Assembly: GCA_016840465.1 (NCBI GenBank)
Contig: JAEOSH010000010.1
Span: 1-32,000, forward strand
DNA: 32,000 nucleotides
DNA from: Candidatus Baldrarchaeum yapensis
GTDB taxonomy: Archaea; Asgardarchaeota; Baldrarchaeia; Baldrarchaeales; Baldrarchaeaceae
Direction of reading: 5' to 3'
In this document: positions 26,965 to 32,000 of the stretch, in pieces
Position numbering within the stretch: position 1 is the stretch's first letter
Layout: each line of letters begins with the position of its first letter
Program-made: the position numbers and the translations under genes
The notes under the pieces: model-generated
Told to the model about the DNA's origin: nothing
Databases searched by the model: none
What the model saw: only the letters and a program-made list of their open reading frames with translations

Positions 26965-27489
26965 TCACTTCAATTTGATGTGTGCTCTGTATTCGCAAAC
27001 ATCATCCCCGAGCATTTTGCATTTTACCTCGTCACAGGTAATACTTTCGGCGTTCCAGTCCTCAAGCCTTTGTTCCTCTATCCATTCAAGGACTCCCGCA
27101 AAGAAGAGACAGAATGGAACCTTTATCGGAACCTCCATTCCTCTACAGAAAGGGCAGTCCCGTATCCTGTAAGTTATGTAAACGTCCTTACCCTCCTCCT
27201 TATACTCTATCTTGTCAAAGGGTTTCCCGGTGAAGAACTTGAACCCTAAGTTATAGGTCGGTACAAGGTCCCTGAGGGACTCAGCAGGCCTTTTTGTCGC
27301 TTGTAGATAACGAATATATATAAGTTCACCAGTGTACTTGTATATTTTCTTCAATTCCCTGTAGATGTCATTCGGGTCGGAATATTTCTGCCCTAGGTAT
27401 TCAATGATGCATCGTAAGAAGTGCCTAACGAAGTCCGCGTTTATCTTCTTCGCGACAAATCTCCAGGCAAGCACCCCTTTTATTCCCAA
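26965..27489 (-). CDS. V4R-domain protein, Bet3/TRAPP-like
   Basis: DCPFC, PFC and EVKCKMLGDDVCEY V4R Cys pattern; GAGGTGA SD before TTG 27489. Confidence 0.75.
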   Translation of the reverse strand: MGIKGVLAWRFVAKKINADFVRHFLRCIIEYLGQKYSDPNDIYRELKKIYKYTGELIYIRYLQATKRPAESLRDLVPTYNLGFKFFTGKPFDKIEYKEEGKDVYITYRIRDCPFCRGMEVPIKVPFCLFFAGVLEWIEEQRLEDWNAESITCDEVKCKMLGDDVCEYRAHIKLK

Positions 27490-27704
27490 TCTTCTTCACC
27501 TCTAGCCCTTCATTATCTAATAGTAACGTAAAGGGTTTTTATCTGTATGTTCACGTTTATAACTCTTCCATTTCTTTTTTGCAACTTCGTTAATGGACAA
27601 AATTTATTGTAATAATAGAACTTGAATAGAAATACCGTTAAGAATAAAAATCGCAGAATATAAGGTGATGAAAGTAAAAGCAAATTGATTGATACCGAAA
27701 AAAC

Positions 27705-28505
27705 TCACGCCAAGAAAAATTTTCGGAAAAATAACATAAGTATCAGTAAAAAATCTCCCCATACTACTGATAGTAAAAGTCCCATCTCCATGAGTGGAAT
27801 CATTGGAAGCCCCACCATCACCCAGATCACCCGGTAGCCATGATCAATTAAGGACCGTACCCTTTCTCTTCTCTCATTCTCTTCGGAGAACATGAGATTG
27901 TGAAGCCTCCTACATACCGAAATTTCCCCGTTCTTTATTTCAATCATTGGAATTTCCGCTTTTTCGAGGGCTTTCTTCGCATCCACGGGAGTTCCACCAA
28001 TTAACAGAAGCAAGCGCGCCGTCATACTCAAATTTGCAAGAGACCTCCTTACTTCATCATCACGCAATGTTAAGACGAGATTACGGACGAACAGAAGAAG
28101 TGCGACCAAGGACAGCAGTAGAATTGTGTTTGTGAGGACGGGTATTGCAAGCGTTAGTATTGGGATGATCCTAGGGAACTTCGCCAGCGAGATGGACGGC
28201 ACTCTCGGAAAGTAAAGGGCAATAGCTATAAAGGCCAAGGCATCCGCACTTCCTATTGTTTTCAACAATACCAAAATTACCATCAACAACCCTATCAGCG
28301 CGACTGCGAGCGCCTCCATCATTAGAAACTGGAAGATTGTCATTTCGGACGAGTACCTGAGATATGCAAGAATAACCCCAGGTGGGGTCATAAGGATCCA
28401 TGTCAGGTCGTGGACCTCCCTCTTCTTAATATCCTGAATCGATGCCCAAGTGAGAAATAGAAAGCATAGTCCCAACGAGATTGTCTCGAGAGCTTGTGGG
28501 TCCAT
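27705..28505 (-). CDS. archaeal prepilin/preflagellin peptidase (A24, FlaK/PibD-like)
   Basis: IQDIKKREVHD..W (first Asp), IGSADA (GxxD second Asp), WVMVGLPMIP C-terminal motif and multiple TM helices. Confidence 0.88.
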   Translation of the reverse strand: MDPQALETISLGLCFLFLTWASIQDIKKREVHDLTWILMTPPGVILAYLRYSSEMTIFQFLMMEALAVALIGLLMVILVLLKTIGSADALAFIAIALYFPRVPSISLAKFPRIIPILTLAIPVLTNTILLLSLVALLLFVRNLVLTLRDDEVRRSLANLSMTARLLLLIGGTPVDAKKALEKAEIPMIEIKNGEISVCRRLHNLMFSEENERRERVRSLIDHGYRVIWVMVGLPMIPLMEMGLLLSVVWGDFLLILMLFFRKFFLA

Positions 28506-28506
28506 A

Positions 28507-29211
28507 TCAGGCCCTTCTTGCGGTTGATATTCTTATTCCAACCGACGTTATCTCGTATGGTGCGAGTAGCGGAAGTCCTTCAAGCTGCCCGCGTAGTTTT
28601 GGTATATAAAGAATCGGCCTATCCTCGATCACTTGGAGTTCCAGAACACCGTCAGACATGTGATTTATTATTCCCGCGGTCTCCCGTGGTATTGCGTTTC
28701 TAAGGTATGAGAGAATGCAGAGAGACTCCGACTCGTAAAGTTTCGCCTTCAACGAGAATAACAATTTCATGAGGCCCTTATGCGGGGTTCCAAGTAAGAA
28801 GTAAGTCAGAGAATCTATCATTATACACGAACCCTCCTCGAGATGCGGGTAAACATAGAACCGGAATATATTTCGGAGGTCATATGCGAGCAGATTTCTG
28901 CCAATACCCTGCTTTTTCCCAGAAACTACCTCAAATAAGTCCTCAAATACCCACTTCTTGTCGTTAATGAGAGCATTAATGTCGAATCCTATGTCCTTTA
29001 ACTCTTCTATGATCGCCAATGGCGGAGCGTCCACCGCAAGATACACTATCTTTTTACCTCGTGTCCTGATGAAAGAATGCAATAACCTGTGGAGGAAGAC
29101 CCTATGAAGGGATCCAGGATCGAATGGAACCGATATTAGCGATGGTAGCGATATTCCACGTATTCTCGCGTCAAGCACCGAGTATCCGGTTGGCACAATC
29201 AGCCGAACCAC
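28507..29211 (-). CDS. RecA/KaiC (RAD55)-fold protein with a degenerate Walker A
   Basis: PTGYSVLD..I.G N-terminus, P-loop position reads PFDPGSLHR, MIDSLT (Walker B), SDGVLEL and PKLRG. Confidence 0.75.
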   Translation of the reverse strand: MVRLIVPTGYSVLDARIRGISLPSLISVPFDPGSLHRVFLHRLLHSFIRTRGKKIVYLAVDAPPLAIIEELKDIGFDINALINDKKWVFEDLFEVVSGKKQGIGRNLLAYDLRNIFRFYVYPHLEEGSCIMIDSLTYFLLGTPHKGLMKLLFSLKAKLYESESLCILSYLRNAIPRETAGIINHMSDGVLELQVIEDRPILYIPKLRGQLEGLPLLAPYEITSVGIRISTARRA

Positions 29212-29325
29212 CCCATTTTCCCTAATAGTGTTAACTTTTTTAATAGGTAATGGTGATGTGATCTAAAGGCGTATTGTACACTATGATGATCACCATTTAC
29301 CAAGAATTCCGAGGGTGTTAAGGGT

Positions 29326-30285
29326 TTGATGAGGGCAGTCGACGAGTTATTAAAAGCGAAGGTTCTTCTCCCCGCAATAAAAAGGCCTGCGGACTTCGAC
29401 ATCGTCGAATTCTTCTCCGAGTACGGTAGATATATTGCCCATCTTGCCATAGTGATAAAAAACGACCACGGAGAAGTGTTCTACGAAAGTTCGTGTGCGC
29501 CTTGTTCCATGGAGAACGCAAGAAAGTTGAAGACATGCCTCGATCTGGCATCTGCGCTTGATATAGAGTACACGTTCCTGGTTTATTGCTTCTCCGACAC
29601 CGTGCTCAGCAAGAGATTCGGCGTCGTGAGGGAGGGTGTCGAAACCCCTCCCTTCGACTTTCGAAAGTTCATATGCCCGAACAAGCCGGAGTACAGGCAG
29701 TATTTATCTGAGATAATCAGAGAAATCGAGGAATTGAGACCTTCCTCAATAGTCCTCATGGATGTCCGCTACCCGTGGAGGAACTTCTGCTTCTGTAAGA
29801 GATGTAGATCGGAGTTCGCAGAATACGCGGGCTCCCCCACCATACTCACATCATCCCACTACCTTCTTGAGGTTCTTCAGCAATACGAGCAATACTATGA
29901 GATGTGGCTGGAATGGAGGTCCAAAGTTGTTTCAGAAGCGCTCGCGGAAATATTATCGAAAAAGAAGGAAGGGATACCCGTATATGTTGAGATAATTCTC
30001 GATCCTGTATCGGAAATGTATAAGGGTCTTGTGGAGTTCTTCGCTCAGGACATAGAGAAAATGGCCCAATTTGTGGATGGGTTTATGGTTAACCTGTTCC
30101 CTTACAGTGGTGTGCCAAACGAAAGAGTGACAATCGAAATTCTCGAGCCTCTTTTAGCGACAAACAAGGATGTGCGCATCTTTTACGAGGGGAAAATCGA
30201 TGATAGGGCGATAAAGGTCCTGAGATACATTTCCAGCAAACTGGAGTCCGAAAGGGTATTTATAAATATCGGGGGACAGAAATAA
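29326..30285 (+). CDS. putative glycoside-hydrolase-like TIM-barrel protein
   Basis: FICPNKPEYR, VLMDVRYP, CFCKRCRSEF and WLEWR motifs resemble GH-like (DUF4015/GHL-type) barrels; no signal peptide. Confidence 0.55.
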   Translation: MMRAVDELLKAKVLLPAIKRPADFDIVEFFSEYGRYIAHLAIVIKNDHGEVFYESSCAPCSMENARKLKTCLDLASALDIEYTFLVYCFSDTVLSKRFGVVREGVETPPFDFRKFICPNKPEYRQYLSEIIREIEELRPSSIVLMDVRYPWRNFCFCKRCRSEFAEYAGSPTILTSSHYLLEVLQQYEQYYEMWLEWRSKVVSEALAEILSKKKEGIPVYVEIILDPVSEMYKGLVEFFAQDIEKMAQFVDGFMVNLFPYSGVPNERVTIEILEPLLATNKDVRIFYEGKIDDRAIKVLRYISSKLESERVFINIGGQK

Positions 30286-30305
30286 TTCCAAAGTGGGGGA
30301 ACCCC

Positions 30306-31091
30306 ATGAAAGAAGTATATAAATTCGGGATACCCGCGCTCGACGAGGCCCTTGGCGGTGGCTACGTCGATGGGAGTATAGTTTTGGTGGAGGACGAGAT
30401 GGGAATTCCTAGTGAGGTTCTTCTCGCTCACTTTATCGTTCAGGGGTTGCGGAGCGGTGACGACATTATCGTTCTCCTGAGTGAACACCCCATATCCTAC
30501 TACATCGCACTCATAAATCTCCTCGGATTTAACGCTGAAATGGCAATAAAAATGGGCAGGCTTGTCTTCATAGATGCGATGTTAAACCCCTTTGTCGCAG
30601 GAAAAAGGGTTCCTTACTACAGCAAATACGCGGTCAGGAACGTAGGAAGTATTAGTGAAGTCAGGCAAGCACTGCAGAGCGCAATCCAAGAACTGAAAGA
30701 ACCCCAAAAACTCAGAATAGTAATAGACTCTCTTTCGCAGTTTCTCCCACCGCTTGTACAAAACCCCCAGCAAGTCGTCATCTTTCTACAACAACAAATG
30801 GTAGAGCGTAAAGAGAGGGGCGGCGTATTCATGGCGCTCCTCCATAGAGACTGCCACGAGCCTCAGATCATAAAGTCGGTAGAATACATTGTGGACAGTG
30901 TGATATCGCTAGAGAGGGTTAAGACGGAAGCCGGTAAACCCGCGGAAATAATACTCAGGTTCCTGAAACACGATGACCTCGTGCTCTTCGAAAAACTACA
31001 AAATCAATCGTTCATCTATAAGTTCGAAGGCGGAAAACTGGCGGTTTATGAAATGGGCAAAATTCCGTTGAGAACAGATCTAGGGTGGTAG
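30306..31091 (+). CDS. RecA/KaiC-fold protein with a degenerate Walker A, Elp4/Elp6-like
   Basis: FGIPALDEALGGG...GSIVLVE, P-loop position reads EDEMGIPSE, GRLVFID, RIVIDSLS and VDSVISL. Confidence 0.75.
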   Translation: MKEVYKFGIPALDEALGGGYVDGSIVLVEDEMGIPSEVLLAHFIVQGLRSGDDIIVLLSEHPISYYIALINLLGFNAEMAIKMGRLVFIDAMLNPFVAGKRVPYYSKYAVRNVGSISEVRQALQSAIQELKEPQKLRIVIDSLSQFLPPLVQNPQQVVIFLQQQMVERKERGGVFMALLHRDCHEPQIIKSVEYIVDSVISLERVKTEAGKPAEIILRFLKHDDLVLFEKLQNQSFIYKFEGGKLAVYEMGKIPLRTDLGW

Positions 31092-31092
31092 C

Positions 31093-32000
31093 ATGGAAGC
31101 ACGGAGGGCAATTCTTAGAATGCTAGAAGAGGTAAGGAAAAAGAGGGACGAGATAAGGAATTCCTTTTCGGAAAGGCTCACCGGAATAATAAGGAAGACA
31201 ATATCGCCATCAAAGCCTACCTTTTCGTACCATGAGGTTACATCGCTCGCCGAGGAGATGAAGCAACACTTGATAGCAAACTTCAATGCCGTGTTCGACG
31301 AAATACTCAACAGTATAATGCCCGTGCTAATAGCAGTTGCCGGGGACGAAGTCAAAGTGCCCGAGGATCTGTTGCGACGGCAGAGAATGTACGTCGAGAT
31401 GGAAAGAACACTAAATGAGGTTATCAAACTAATATCTCAGGGGATGAATCGGGAGGTCTCCCTTGATAACCTGACGGATCAGATCAAGGAACTCGTGAAC
31501 AGCGTAAAAGTAATACCTCAGATGAAAGTGACGATTGACGAGCGCAATCAGAAGGTTTCCGAACTCATGGAAGAATTGAGGAAGAGAGACGAAGAATTGA
31601 GGAGGATGGAGCAAAAACTGGAGAAGTTAAAGGGAGACTACAACGCTCTTAACGAAGAAAGAGCCAGAATTTTGAGGATGCTTGAGGACAGGGGGAAGAA
31701 ACTGGAGGAGATGAGCCGAAAGGTAAAAGAACTCGAGGAGCGAAACAAAATGTTAGAGACGGAAAGGGAAGACTTGGGAAAGCGCATCAAGGAGATGGAG
31801 GAAAGGTTCGAGGAGGAGAGAAAGTCCTTAGATGAGCGCATGAGAAAATTACTCGAGGAAAGGATGAAGCTAGTTGAGGAAAACAACAGGTTGAAAAATG
31901 AACTCGTCGAGAAGAGCACGATAATCGACGACCTTAGTAGGAAAATCTCCGACCTCGAGGGAGAGGTAAAGAGATACGAGATGATGAAATTAACACTTGA
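31093..32000 (+). CDS. long coiled-coil protein, 3'-truncated by the window end (absent from the ORF track)
   Basis: Hand translation from ATG 31093 is open for 302 codons to the window edge: MEARRAILRMLEEV..., then E/K/R/L heptads from ~aa 150 (e.g. ELRRMEQKLEKLKGDYNALNEER). It starts 1 nt after the upstream stop. Confidence 0.85.
   Translation, partial: MEARRAILRMLEEVRKKRDEIRNSFSERLTGIIRKTISPSKPTFSYHEVTSLAEEMKQHLIANFNAVFDEILNSIMPVLIAVAGDEVKVPEDLLRRQRMYVEMERTLNEVIKLISQGMNREVSLDNLTDQIKELVNSVKVIPQMKVTIDERNQKVSELMEELRKRDEELRRMEQKLEKLKGDYNALNEERARILRMLEDRGKKLEEMSRKVKELEERNKMLETEREDLGKRIKEMEERFEEERKSLDERMRKLLEERMKLVEENNRLKNELVEKSTIIDDLSRKISDLEGEVKRYEMMKLTL

Noticed and set aside
413-31919. Numerous antisense or overlapping ORFs in the track (e.g. 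413..931, 1952..2413, 10504..11004, 14735..15274, 21717..22556, 31638..31919)
   Set aside because: They lie opposite or inside well-supported genes, have Ser/Ile/Phe-rich shadow composition and show no family motifs.
31093-32000. SMC/Rad50 ATPase
   Set aside because: There is no N-terminal Walker A or beta-rich head before the coiled coil.
1-32000. CRISPR array, tRNA or rRNA genes, intact transposase or integrase
   Set aside because: I saw no regularly spaced repeats, no T-loop GTTCRA cloverleaf, no rRNA-like tracts and no DDE or tyrosine recombinase ORF on manual reading.

Overview
A gene-dense archaeal window. Archaeal signs include GGTGA/GAGGTG Shine-Dalgarno sites, TTTATA-type TATA boxes, oligo-T terminators and archaeal-type SSB, Lrp, Acd and A24 peptidase genes. 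An IPCT/DIPPS gene pair points to a (hyper)thermophile. The first ~21 kb is mostly housekeeping and metabolism: IPCT/DIPPS, DUF296, an MBL hydrolase, an Acd alpha subunit, two single-OB SSB paralogs, PanE, an HPS-RraA fusion, an ATP-cone protein, an HdrD-like Fe-S protein, a HEPN-MNT pair, Lrp, rubrerythrin, DUF169 and a Dpp/Opp ABC transporter. The last ~10 kb is the most interesting part. It holds a cytoplasmic 645-aa protein whose N-terminal half resembles the mu-homology domain of delta-COP/adaptin-mu, a tandem pair of Bet3/TRAPP-like V4R proteins, and two RecA/KaiC-fold proteins with a dead P-loop (one strongly Elp4/Elp6-like). It also holds a prepilin peptidase and a long coiled-coil ORF that runs off the window and is missing from the ORF track. 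This concentration of eukaryote-like proteins suggests an Asgard-type archaeon (inference only; no marker gene is in the window). Non-coding signals are a GC-rich stem with a SECIS-like AUGA/GA core at the left edge, matching TATA-hairpin-spacer leaders on both ssb paralogs, and a possible decayed tnpB. No tRNA, rRNA or CRISPR array was seen. All comparisons to eukaryotic families were made by eye against remembered consensus patterns and need HMM or structure confirmation.
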